Origin: Patellaria atrata CBS 101060
Lineage: Eukaryota
DNA length: 61,808 nt
Direction: 5' to 3'
NCBI GenBank assembly: GCA_010093705.1
Contig: MU006093.1
Location: 1,447,301 to 1,509,108, forward strand
Shown: positions 1-12,275 of the stretch, piece after piece
Layout of the letters: each line of letters starts with the position of its first letter
How positions within the stretch are numbered: position 1 is the first letter of the stretch
The notes under the pieces: generated by a model
What the model saw: the letters and a program-made list of their open reading frames with translations, nothing else
What the model was told of the DNA's origin: nothing
Database searches by the model: none
Translations under genes and position numbers: made by a program

Positions 1-1134
1 ACAGGGCCATCATTAAGGATATCACGAAAAAGATGGGAGACGGAATGGCGGATTTTGCAAGCAATGCGGAATATAACGCTAACGGCGTAAATAAGATCTC
101 GGACTACGAACTCTACTGCCATTACGTGGCGGGATTAGTTGGCGAAGGTCTCACAAAGTTGTTTGTTGAGGCCCAACTAGCCAATCCAGCACTATTACAA
201 CGACCACACCTTCATGAGTCTATGGGACAATTGCTCCAGAATGTAAACATCATTCGGGATGTGAAGGAGGACTTCGATGACGGACGTAGATTCTATCCGA
301 AAGAGGTCTGGTCTAAATACGCGGATAGCTTCGAGGACCTTTTCAAACCTGGGAATGAAGAAGCCGCACTTAATTGCAGCTCAGAAATGATACTTATCGC
401 TCTTAGGCGTGCGGATGAGTGTCTTTTCTATCTTGCAGGTCTTCGTGACCAGAGTGTGTTCAATTTCTGCGCGATCCCACAGTCAATGGCAATCGCTACA
501 CTAGATCTATGTTTCCGAAACCCCGACATGTGGAAGCGAAACGTCAAGCTCACGAAGGGTCACGCATGCCAACTTATGCTTGACTCGACACAAAATCTCC
601 AACTAGTCTGCGATGTTTTCCGCAAGCACACTCGATCCATCCATCAGAAGAATACGCCTAAAGACCCTAACTTCATTCAGATCAGTATTGCTTGTGGAAA
701 GGTATAACCGTCTTATATGATCCTCTCTAATATACAGAAACTCCACTAATCTTCAGTAGATCGAACAATTCATTGAAACAATCTTTCCCAGTCAACGTCC
801 CGACCCCACACTATCCGTCAAGGATGGCCGTGTTCTTAGCCCCGAAGAGGAAGCTAAAGCTAAGAAAGAAGCGCAAGAAGCAAAATGGGATATTATCTAT
901 ATGGGTGCCGCTGTGTTTGGTATCCTTTTCTTTATTTCACTATTTATGGTACGATATCTCATTCGACTCCAAAACTGGTTTCCTGTAGCTAATCATGTCC
1001 AGATCTTCATAGCTTACCTCGCGGGCGCACGTTTCGATGTGATATATAATCAGCTCCGTTCAGGCAACCTCGCACGACCGAGTGCGGGCGAGGCCCAGCC
1101 AATTCTCAATAATTATGAGCATCAAGAATTGTAG
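1..1134 (+). CDS. ERG9: Squalene synthase (farnesyl-diphosphate farnesyltransferase), 5' end outside window; introns 702-759 and 949-1002
   Basis: Motifs [41 protein letters not shown]; splicing restores [14 protein letters not shown], a C-terminal TM helix and the end HQEL. Confidence 0.97.
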
Positions 1135-2539
1135 TGTCAGGTCAGAGGTTAAAGGAATGATGGTCTCGCCTGTAGAAGCTAAGATGGGACCTCTGTAATC
1201 AAACTAGCAGTATTTAGTGTACATTAACTCTAACTAATCGTCAGGCGTAGCATAGGTTCGGGCGTTCGCGTTGCGCTACGTTAGGACAGTGCGGCAGGTC
1301 TGGATCAGTTGCGGTGGTAAGGTATGCTTCTTTTCGGATCATGTCCTTAAGGACCGAATGGTAATAATAGTCTCTCTGACCTTCAATTACTTTCTTATAA
1401 GTTTTCAGTTACTCTCCTAGTGATGAATCATTGTGACAGTTTTTCCTATTCCAGTATTTCGTCCTTGAACCCTTTGAAGATTCTCACTCAAACCTATGTC
1501 ATATGCAATGCCCAATCTTTATTTTACCCTACGTAACTCCGACTTGATTGGGAAGAAGTCGATAGAAACCTCAAAAAGCAAAGCACGGATGTCAAATTCC
1601 AATCCTACCCTACAATGGTTGTGGTTGGGCCGAGAAGTGCTGAGATTATATCCCACATAACCCGGCGACGGGGCCGTCGATCTTGTACACGAATTTCACG
1701 CTGTATGAGTGAGATGGTGTTGTGGTACATACAAAGCATTGTACGGATATCGCTTTTCTGTACGGAGAAGTAATTTGTACAGCTGCGGGTCATTTGTACA
1801 TTTTCGTTTCGCCTGTACGGTTGAGTCGAACTTTCGGCGGTGGTGTCTTGGTACCTACTGGTGTGTTGTACATCAACCGGCGGAATGTCCGCCTGGCAAT
1901 ATTTCGGCATCGAGATTTCGTATGAACAGGCGATCATGACAGTTTCAACCCCTTTATGCAGTTGTATCTTTCATAACTTGATAACGCCGAGTGCCTTCGA
2001 ATATTATCAATCCTCTGCGAGTTTGATGTAGTCAACTCTATGAGTAGCCTATTTGTCGAAGTGAAAATCGATATCAACCCCTTAATCTGTAGAGGGGAGT
2101 CAAGCGTATCGTGATATGTACCCGCAAATCGGATACTGATGTGCTGACCATACATTCTTTCCCCTTAGGTGAAGAGTCACTCGTTCAATGGAAGAGCTAT
2201 TCAACCAGTTATCTAGTCAGCTGTCTTCTCCGCTGTAAACAGATAGTATCAAACCGTCTTATACTCTACCTTGCCAGTATATATGCGCAATCCGTATGGA
2301 CAAGTGGTAATGACTTCAGTTTTCGCTTTTCTGATTCCCCAATTTAGCTTTCTAAGAGAGAAGAGAAGGTATGCTGCTGGCAACATCAGAATCAGTAATA
2401 ATCGATAGGTGAAACTGGGCCAAATGAATAAGACTTTACGACCGTGGTAAATACAATAATGCTCAGCTATACTATGAGTACAAGAGGATGCAATGCAGAA
2501 ACAAAAATAACCTTTCTATCAGACACTGATAGGCCGAAC

Positions 2540-3338
2540 TTATGCATCACAGGCCAGGCCAAACACCGAAAATATGCCACCAGCAACTGGATTCACAGTG
2601 CCCTGCACATTCAAGTTAGTCGTTTTGTTTCAACGAGAGCTGTATTCTCTTAAGCACTTACGGCAACGGCACTGCCAATAGTCGACAGAGCGGAACAGAA
2701 ACCTCCTAAAATTCCACCGTCTGACTGTAGCTCGAGCTTCACGTTGATAACGGGTGGAACTTCAGTTCCGTCGGGCTTGAAAGAGACGCCGATTGTCTTG
2801 GGGAATGTCCACCTGTCGATGTATCTAGGCGTACCAACTACGAGCCCACAGCTCATTAACAAAACGATATATCGGAGAAATAATAACCAGCACCGTACGT
2901 ACCACAGCCAGTACCACACACCGGGGTATCCATCATGATCCGTTCCTTTTTCTTCACTCCTTCCGCATCTCCAGCCGCGATGAGAGCCTCGATAAGTCCA
3001 TTCTTGATCCAAGTAGGGTATTGGCCTTCCGCGACGGTGACTTTTACTCTAGTACCACCACCAGCAACGGTGGTGGGTACTTCCCACGAATCGGCGTTAC
3101 AGAAACCCTCGGCGTAACAGTTGTCGAACAGACTTGAGAGGATTACATGCGGGTCTGTAGATCCAACTGAAGTTGTTTCGTCGGAGTAGCGAACATGTAG
3201 GTTTCCATCTTGGTTGACGATGACTTCACCTCCCTGCCGTTCTTCGAGTTTATGGGGTTCTTCGAGCTTGTGAGGAGATGCATGCACGATTGTAATGGTT
3301 GCAAATAGTGCACTCAAAGAGAAAACGGTGAAAAGCAT
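2540..3338 (-). CDS. Uncharacterised secreted protein, about 224 aa, 6 Cys, hydrophobic Gly-rich C-terminus; introns 2838-2902 and 2603-2661
   Basis: Signal peptide MLFTVFSLSALFATITIVHA, propeptide ending LEER|Q, two canonical GT-AG introns (GTACGT..TAG, GTAAGT..CTAAC..CAG) that join three exons in frame to TAA at 2540-2542. Confidence 0.8.
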
Positions 3339-4476
3339 TCTAGAAGACGTTCTAGGATTCCTTGAGAGTATTGAAAGATAATGGAGCGTTATACTCAAAA
3401 ATAAGTTAAGTTGTTCCTCTTCCTGCTCCAAACTCTTCCAGATGATTGGAAAGGTATGATGGACCGATATCTTGACCTTTTATTCCATATTCTGCATATT
3501 TATACACCGAAGACATCCTCAACTGTCATACATCGATCCAGTCTATTCAAGACTCAAGAGCCGTGACGTCGACCTAAGCTGTTGGATTCCTATGCGCCCG
3601 CTCGATCGGCGCATCATCTGAACACAGCTGGTGTAGTAAGCCGTGAAATTAGCTAAGAAAAAATGCTTTCCGTGTTGTTGAAGATCAGAAAGACAATTGC
3701 ATTTACTCCGCGGCGGTTTGTATAACTACCCTAAACGGTATGATCGTTTCATGTCGGGAGTTGGTCGGAATGTCGTACACTCCGATTCGACAATCCCTGG
3801 CGATCTATGTTAGACGATTATTTGATGACGGAACTGACAACTTACGACACCGTCCAACACTGCCTCTAAGCAAGGTAGATGCTCTTGTATAACTTACCCG
3901 TGCCGTGGTACCGTTGTCCCGTCCCTCCCCTGGCTTCTCATGCAGTTGCCCGGACCGAGAGGCGGTACGGATAGAACTAGTCGGTAACCATATAGTGCCA
4001 CGAGCACTAGGCATACTCCATTCTCCCACAACTCCATAACGTATCTGACACAGGTGTGATGCTTTTACATAGTCTTTGATTCTAAGTGACTAAGAGTGCT
4101 TTTCTTTTTCTTTTTACCCGGAGATCCGCTGCTGAGGGATGACTCCTTGAGTGAAAAGAACTAAGTCTCTTCCTGTAATCATCGTTTGTATTGTTATTAC
4201 CTCTATTATGTCGAAAGCGATGTATTCGAGGTCCCCGTGTCTGATCAAAGCATAGAGTATTCTGCATTCTGTCCAAGTATTATGCCGTTATTCTAGTCTT
4301 ACCTTCTCTGGTGGATATCGCTCCCAGTAGACTGTGGACACATGCTCATAGAAGTTAGTCTATTGCACACATTAGGAATATAGTAATAGAAAGCCTTGCA
4401 AAGAATTGTTCCGAGCATCTGTCCAGGAGTAAGAGATCGACGTGGAAAATATTGTCCAGTCAAATGTAGAATCCCA

Positions 4477-5617
4477 CTATACTTGCTGAGTAGCATGAGA
4501 CCCTCCCCTACCCATCCTCCTTGATTCCCCAGGTTGAATGAAATCAATCCTATCAAGGGAAACGTTAATGATGTGGATGTTTGATCCAAATCCCCGTATA
4601 TGAGGGAAGCATTGGCCCAGACAGAATCTTATACTAGCAAATTTGAGGTCTTGGAAAATGAATCTAACAAGAGGGGTCAGAGAGAGGAAGCACCCGGCCA
4701 TCATATATTCTCCTGGCTCAATCGAGGTCCAGGTCATGAGTGTGGTGCCACGGAATTGATAGATCTTGAAGAACATCGCGCAACGGATGATAGCGGTGAT
4801 AATGCCGCTGCGTAGGATGGATGATTAATAAAGATCCCCAAAAAGGGTTGCTTTAACACCCACAAGCTGCTTAGAATAAAGGTTACAATTAACCCAATCT
4901 TCTTCGCCATACTGATTTGAAGCTTCAGCAATGTCGGTAAGGGTAGGAGCAGTACGTCTATATCAGTGATGATATTTGGCAAGCTTGTTGCAGTATATGC
5001 CGTAGTCGCTTTCACGAAGCAGCGACCGCCTTCGATACATTTGTCCCAACGATAGGCCAAAGGTATACATGCCGTGAAGACGAGAATCAGATTGATAATA
5101 AATGCGAGCGAGACAATTCCCATGACTAGATAAATGGCCCGGCGCACCTTATCCTCGAAAAATATTCGGAGATAGAATACCAGAACGGAAAGTTTTGGAA
5201 GAGTAGTGCTGAATAGATAGCAGAGCTCCGTAGGTACATTCATTCGTAATGAATACATCACCATCCAGTGACTGGAATTAGGTAAATGGCGAGCCCCTGC
5301 GTCATGTTTTACAAGTACTTGAAAGCATACCCCCCGTTGGTTTCGGACTCTCATCGGAGGGTCTTTCAGCCGGATAATAGGACGAAGTGATCATACCAGG
5401 AAAACCTACAGACGTCTATTGCGGCCAATCCGATGCAAAATGGATAAGTAGGAAGCATCAACCAAGTATCTGGTCTGTTAAAGTTGCCTTTTGATATCTT
5501 CGCAATAACGTAGAGAATAATCGTTGCAGTCGCAAGTGTTGCTAAGGCAACCGCTACTGATACCAGCTCTTGCCCATGAACCACAACGATATATTCCTTC
5601 TGGTTCGCTAACGCCAT
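4477..5617 (-). CDS. PTH11-like (fungal rhodopsin-domain) 7TM membrane protein without CFEM; possibly degenerate; two introns
   Basis: PKLSVLVFYLRIF, ACIPLAYRWDK..GGRC, NIITD..LLLPLPTLLKLQIS..KKIGL..F, WTSIEPG..MAGC; exon joins inferred. Confidence 0.75.
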
Positions 5618-6797
5618 AGTTCAAACTAAGAAAAGAAAAAAGAAGCCAGCATCTAGAAAAATCAAATATTGAATTACCGAGATAGGTTCAGGCGCATGTC
5701 CAGTTTTTAGCTATTAGTTTACGCGCCTCGCATGCTCTCAGTACTACATAACCCCCGTTGTTAGGACTTGGGGTAGAGTCTCAGGACGATTTGTATCCGT
5801 TCTTCCAATCCGTCGGGACTTCGTAGAAAATGCATGTTAACTCAATCAAAATGCTCCGGCGAACAATGGTACCCTTTCAGATAGATCGGAAAACAAGTTG
5901 TTAGATAGAACATCGAGTTGATTGACTGAAAGTGTTCCTTAAGGCAGGTAACGCATGGAGTGTAATTGCAACACAGAATAGAAAGTTACATCCAAATCAA
6001 TCAATTTTTGTTGGTAACACGGCAGGTCATTGGTTCGTTAGATCGGAAATAGATTGCAGAAGCAGTAATAATGCCAGGGTGAGAGAGAAGCACGGTAAAT
6101 CACTGTACACGTACAATAAAAAGAACGAGAAATACCCGACGACAGCTTGAAACGACGATATGACTGAGAAAAACATTAATACAACGATTTCGACTGAAAA
6201 ATGTCTGTGAGCTTAGGATACCGTCATCGAAGGTTTAACAGCAAGCAGGATAGAAAAACATATATTCACCTGTATTCGGGTATATTTCTACTGGGGGTAG
6301 AAGCCGGGGAAATGTTCAGCTCAGCTTCAAATATTTACTCTACTACACTGGAATGAACCTGCCCGAAGAGTGGTTTCAGCTCTACCAAGTAGGGCGGCCA
6401 TTAATAGTCTCCTCATCCACCTACCATAGCATTGATGGTGGGCCTGGAGCTTGCGTCATTCAGTATATTATCTTTGCATGCAGAACCAGGTATGATGGTT
6501 GAACCTCCCTATTAGTCGTACATATGCTCCCCACTCGAATAATTCTGGTCTGAGGGGCTATCAACATGGAAAATTAAGGCGACGATATCTAGTTTTCATT
6601 AGGTCGTGATATAACGCAAGGTATATTGATGAGTTACCCGTATTCCGATTCAGACAGATGGTGTATCTCCTATTCTGCTCGCACTGCTATAGTTACCAGT
6701 ACACTGTGGAATCGTACAACTCCGATGAACTTCGTACAGAAGTTATACCTCATATATGAAGCTTCCATACATAACCCATAATAAGTCAAGGTACCCT

Positions 6798-6896
6798 GAT
6801 ATAATAGTAGATCTCTGATCTTACATTCATCGCCTCTAGAAGGTGCCGTTTGGTGGTAAAAATGAAGGTCCCGGGTTTTGATTCCCGGTCAAATCA
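6798..6896 (+). pseudogene. Degenerate tRNA-like sequence (pseudo-tRNA, isotype not assignable)
   Basis: T-arm CCGGG-TTTTGATT-CCCGG preceded by GGTC, anticodon stem TTCAT/ATGAA around an intron-sized spacer, imperfect acceptor GATATAA/TCAAATC+A. Confidence 0.4.
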
Positions 6897-7512
6897 TCTT
6901 CGGATTCTTTGTCTTGACCCGCTGGCTAGCAGCCAGTGGAGGATTATCTTTTTCGTTAATTCTCCCCACTTGGCCATTCATTTTTTTTAAGTTGTTTTCG
7001 TTTTAGACCTTTTGAAAGACTGACGTGGTGATGCAGTCAGGTAGTCAAACCGTAGCGAGGTTGAAGCAAGGATTGACGGTTGGCCATGGTATGTATGAAT
7101 ACTGCAAGGTAATACAAATCGCGGCATAGGGAAATAACTTTGACTGTAGTATACTTATATGTTTGAGGTTTTCGGGGTTTTCTGCTCTTATCTCAAGATT
7201 GCTAGCTGGCTGTAACTTGGAACACTTCCTAAGAGCATAGAACGGTTCGATCCGCATTGTGATGATGGGACAATCCCCAGGCTTCTTCACATAAGCAAAC
7301 CGTTCTACTCATAGGGTTAATACTCGTATGCTCCCTAAGTTGACTTGTTTGTGGAGTTTTTATAAAAGTCATGGAGACCCCGACCCTACCCCTGCGCGTA
7401 GCATGTCGGCAGCCGGATAAATATCCTCCGAACACTCTGCCTACGTTTCCTTTACCATCTTGAAGATTGATAGCAACAGTGGTAGACACAGTTATTTCCT
7501 ACACATCTCGCA

Positions 7513-8488
7513 ATGCGTTTCCTACACCCTCTCATCCAAGCAGTACTACTTGTCAATGCTGGTGTAGCGTTCGCAGCATCTTCATGGAGCTTTGAGGACG
7601 CCACCCTGTCAATTCAAACTAAAGGAGCTGGTGTAGGGGGTGGTTCCAAAGAGAAGTGAGCTCGTTGAGTCCGATTGCTGAATACTGTTAACATTGTTTG
7701 CTCTTAGACTCTCTCCTACGACCCCCCTTTCGAAGCCTGTATCCCTAGGCGTAGCGGACACATTAAAGGTGATCCTGACAACTACGGAAGGCAAGAAGAG
7801 CAAGAAACCACACCAAGCTTTCCTGGCACTCAATGATCCTACAACTGGACTCGAGGAGTCATATCCTTTTAGTGTTAAGGACAATGGCAAGGCGAAGGTA
7901 GATTTAGTATGTGAAGCTAAGGTAGCATCACATTGAATAACCTCAGCTAACTGCTTGTAGACTCACAAAGACCTACCGCTACAATTTGTAACATCCAAGG
8001 AATCCTTAACTGCATATATTGTCATTGGTTCTTTTGGATCCTCAGCACCTTTGAAAAGCAAGTCTTTCAACATCAAGATTGATCGCGACCCCAATACACC
8101 AATCAATGCACCTGAACCGCCTGTCCGGTATGGAAAGCGTGACGAAATTCATCACATCTTCCGCTCAAACCCAAAAAGTCCATCAAAGATTATAACCCTT
8201 GTGTTCGCTGCTGCCGTCCTTGGAGCGGTGGTTGCGCTGTTCGGGGTGTGGACAACATTGGGCGCGAATTTGAACCATTTGCCGAAAGCATTGAGCAACG
8301 CCCCTATCCCGCATGCACTATTTTTTGGCTCTATACTTGCGATTGAGGCCACATTTTTTATGTATTATACCACGTGGAACCTATTCCAAACGCTACCAGC
8401 TGCTGCTGCAGTAGGTGCTGTCGCGTTTTTGAGCGGAAGTAGAGCGCTTTCGGAGGTTCAAGAGAGAAGATTGGCGGGATTAAGATGA
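7513..8488 (+). CDS. SWP1: Oligosaccharyltransferase subunit Swp1 / ribophorin II; two introns
   Basis: Signal peptide, PHQAFL, RYGKRDEIHHIFRSNPKSP, three C-terminal TM helices, GSRALSEVQERRLAGLR end. Confidence 0.93.
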
Positions 8489-8993
8489 CGTAGATATTGA
8501 GATATGATATCAAAAGCTTATCTAAGGGCCGAGGAAAGGGAGTTGTCTCAATGCAGCGCTTCCTTTATGAAACATGATGAGGATAATGTAAGACTTCAAG
8601 GTTCAAATCATCCCAGTGATGATACGAAGCTGCTATGTAAGATTTTACGGCGTTCAATGTAGAGTAGGAATCAAAGGAAATCTTGCAATGAGAACCCCTT
8701 GATCATTTCCTCTACCGTAAATCCGGAGGACTCACCAACTGTGCTACAATATTACCAACAACACGTTTTCTAAATAAATCATGAATGTTAATCTTTCTTT
8801 ATAATATCCGCAGATCAGATACATATGTCTATTTCCAATGGACAAACATCATTAAAGTCTGGGCGTTATTAACCACCAATCAAATACGGATTTCGCCGCA
8901 GCTTCCCGTCATGACTTTCTCAAGACTCAAGCCTGATCAAAGGACTGAACACCACCTCATTCACAACCAACAGTAATCTCTCAATTACGCCCG

Positions 8994-9716
8994 ATGGGTT
9001 CGTCAGCATCAAAAGCAACAAAAACAGCTGCTTCTGCAACACGCAAATACCCTTCCCGTATCTCAACAGCGACTCAGACTCAACCACAACGGTCCACAAA
9101 CGCACCTCCACAACCACCATCCACAGGCGATCCGACAAGTCCTGGCCCAACAACACGACCACAAGTTCAAGCAAGCAGCCAAAAGGACGAAGGTTTTTGA
9201 TTACATTTCTTCTATATCTGGAGGACCTGGTCTAACCTCCTACCAGCCATCTCCCTCGATGCCTCCGACCCAGTCTACGCCTCCCACCTCCGCCAACTCG
9301 GGGCCGTCCAACCTAATCCCCATTTCTCTCACTCTTCGACCTCTCCACTCGATCCTACACCCTCAAATGCAATCCGCCCCTCTTTCTCCCGTCTGCCGTC
9401 ATCTCAATCCCAACCAAGCGTCGATCCCTCCTCGATACCCGCAAACTTCTTCCCCTCCCCCTCAAGCATTGCGCAAAATCCAGCACTAGTTGTGCTGGAA
9501 GCGCGACGGTGGCTGCAAGCGGAAGCGGAAAAGGAGTTTGAGGGCGTGGGCAGGAGGGGGTTTAAGGGACGCAGGTTTGTGGACGCGGTTACTATACGGC
9601 AGGCGCTGAGATTGAGGGAGGAAGGGGTTGAAGAGAGCAGGATCGAGAAAAGCTTGGGGTTAGAGAATGGCGTGGTGGGAAAGTTAGGAAGACAAGGGGT
9701 TTTGGATAGTTCTTGA
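8994..9716 (+). CDS. Conserved fungal protein with N-terminal myristoylation-type motif and C-terminal helix-turn-helix-like domain; intron 9193-9246
   Basis: MGSSASK start; splice restores AISLDASDPVYASHLRQLGAVQPNP through NPALVVLEARR and FVDAVTIRQALRLR..IEKSLGLENGVVGKLG. Confidence 0.8.
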
Positions 9717-9898
9717 GTTGTGTGTATCCCGGGAAGGGAAGAGGGGATTCTGGGGTATGGTTGGCGTTATGGGTGTTTGTATTATTGCGGCATTTAAAGT
9801 GTACACAGAGTTAAAGAAACCCGTGACCTGACCCGAGGCAATCGCTACAGAGTAAAGACAGTTTCTTCCAGAATCACCTAATCGGATGAAGCTTTACA

Positions 9899-11048
9899 CT
9901 ACCACGCTGAGTGTCCACCATCTATCTTGAGATCGGCTCCCTTTGCGAATACGGTCAGCATTCTAAAATCCTAAAACATAAAGACCGGCAGGAGCAAGAA
10001 AATGATGAGATTTGACACGAGGACGAACTCACCGTCATGAAACTACTAGCATCACTCATCAAAAAGACTGCCGCACCCCTATATTCCCTCGGACCTGACA
10101 ATCTCCCTAACATATTCTGCTTCGGCCACTCCGTCTTGCGCTCCGGAAACCTCTCAAATAGCTCCTCCACCATCTGCGTAACAATATATCCCGGTGAAAT
10201 CGTATTCACCCTGATGCCATGCTCGCCCCACTCCATAGCGAGGTTCCGCCCGAGCTGCAGGACCGCAGCTTTCGAGGCATTGTATGCCGGACAGATGAGT
10301 CCCCGGTTCGCCACACTACCGCTCATGCTCGCGATAATGACGATACTACCCCCTTGCTCGAACCGCACCATCTGCCGAGCCACCGCCTGCGCGGTCATGA
10401 ACGCACCTGTTACGTTTACCGAAAACATCCGATTCGCGTCTTCGGCCGTATACTCCAGCGCTGGGGTTTCCTGCTGGATTCCGGCTGCGGCGATCAGCCC
10501 GTCCAATCGACCGTGCTCGTCCGCAATCGCGGATATCGTTTCGTTGAGCGCGGGCACATCTCGCACGTCGATTTGTCGGTAATGGAGATTGGTGCCGAGG
10601 TCGAGGCGTGCGCGCTCGGCTATGGGGTGGAAGGAGCTGGACGGACTGGGGAGGATGTCGAGGGCGTAGACTACGGGCTATCAGCTTGATGGGCAACACA
10701 GCCTCCCTGGGAAGCTGTAGTGTTTGGGTTTTATAGACCTGTCGCTCCAGCTTCCAGCAATGCTTCTGCTTGTGTCAGACCCAAACCCCTTGCTCCACCT
10801 GAGACGAGGATTATTTTGTCCCTGAGACCAAACTCGGGGAGAAGTTTCGTGGTCTCAACGGAGGATTGTGCAGTTTTAGGGTTTCCCGAGATTGAGGCAG
10901 AGGGAAGCGCTACGCGGTCATGTTCTCGACGGGAGGTAGTGGTAGAGAAGGCAAATCGGGGCACGACTGGGAGGGCTTGGATGGAAGGACGGAGAGATGG
11001 GAGAGGACGGGTGATTAGGAGGCGGTGGGCGAGTCTTTGGGAGCGCAT
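9899..11048 (-). CDS. Short-chain dehydrogenase/reductase (D-arabinitol/sorbose reductase-like) with probable mitochondrial presequence; two introns
   Basis: SGGARGLG, AAAGI, YNASK (YxxxK), IRVNTISPGY, last exon GADLKIDGGHSAW; Arg/Ser-rich, acid-free N-terminus. Confidence 0.9.
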
Positions 11049-11844
11049 CTTTGTTAGGTTGGAAGTTATGGTTTGGGCCTTGTGGAGTGAGGTCTCGTTC
11101 GAAAGATGGAGCGATGGACTGTTGGTGCTTCCTGTTGAAGGAGGTGTAACACAACCTCAAGCTCTCTTGTGACTCAAACCTCCTCTTTCGTCTCTGTATG
11201 CTGTATAATGTCAATCTTCTTTGTCTGAACTCTTCATCGTCTCGTCGTCGAACGGTAATGTACACGACGGGATACAGTACGATATGACATAAAATCCACC
11301 CGACTCGATCCACTATAGCATATCTATCAATCTCCACATATCATACGTCTCTTTCTCAACCGTATAAACAAAACAGAAGTCCAGTAGGCTCTCCCATCCC
11401 CTTATAGCTCGGGGTCCGGCCAAGCTCCTCCAACCCCTCTCTTCGCTTTCCCCACACTAACTCTATTTATCCCCACGAATCTACGTACCTTCGACTTCCC
11501 CCCTTTCCAGATCGAAAAGGTAAAATCTGCGCTCAGGCCAAATCTCCTTCATAGCTTTTGGTTCCCAGATCTGAGATCTTCCCGTCCCATCGGTCCATCT
11601 ACACTACTGTACGTAATTCTCCGGTCTTTTGTTTCCTGGTTCCCGGGCGGCGCAAGAGGCGGGAACCCTAAAAACTGCTATGAAGGACGTATGGTCTGTG
11701 CTTTTTGAGGTTTCTCATGCACGCTGGGTTCTGGGATTTCCATCGTGTGCCGTCATAGCCGGCGATGTCAGAGTGTGGGGTAAATCAGGATGCGCTAGAC
11801 AACGGTGGGAAGTTGTTTATGAAGACGTCGTGGGAACGTCTTAT

Positions 11845-11956
11845 TGCTCTGACATATTTTTGTTTTGACATGTTTCTGCTCTGATATGTTACTGCTCCGA
11901 CGTGTTACTACTCTGGCATGTTTCTGCGCTAGCATGTTTTGGCTCTGACATTATTC
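11845..11956. repeat. Degenerate minisatellite, 7 x 16 bp, consensus TGCTCTGACATGTTTC
   Basis: Units tgctctgacatatttt/tgttttgacatgtttc/tgctctgatatgttac/tgctccgacgtgttac/tactctggcatgtttc/tgcgctagcatgtttt/ggctctgacattattc. Confidence 0.85.
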
Positions 11957-12275
11957 ACATGTGCAAATTCTTGTACGAATACTTTGAGAAAGATAGATAT
12001 GTCGTTAATTACCAGATCATTCGCGCTCATCTGATCCACAGTCTCTCGATTGGCATATATACTCCTTATCTACGAGATAATGGGAAACAACTATACAAAA
12101 AATAAATCCTTCCACATATGCGCATCTAAATGCTCATCTGAAAAATTAACCAAGATATGGATGAAAATAATTTGGAAACCCTCAAACCCATCAACGCCGA
12201 CAGTCTTGCATAATCTTAGTATGCTGAGAGAATGAATCGACTGTTTAATATTAAAGGGAGGCATGCATCCTTCCT

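Noticed and set aside
1605..2347. Overlapping short ORFs with a membrane-like fragment (WQYFGIEISYEQAIM)
   Set aside because: No consistent spliced frame or recognisable family; at most a relic
8574..8720. ATGATGA/GTGATGA box C-like motifs after SWP1 (snoRNA?)
   Set aside because: No properly placed CTGA box D, terminal stem or recognisable rRNA guide
1..11048. Terpene biosynthetic cluster around squalene synthase
   Set aside because: Neighbours are housekeeping or unrelated genes; no cyclase, P450 or cluster regulator visible
10037..11337. Long antisense and alternate-frame ORFs over the SDR gene
   Set aside because: Shadow ORFs from GC-rich codon usage; the same applies over KHA1, GH92, MEF1, NMT1, FPGS and MFS
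11845..11956. CRISPR-like array
   Set aside because: Contiguous units with no unique spacers, eukaryotic context, no cas genes
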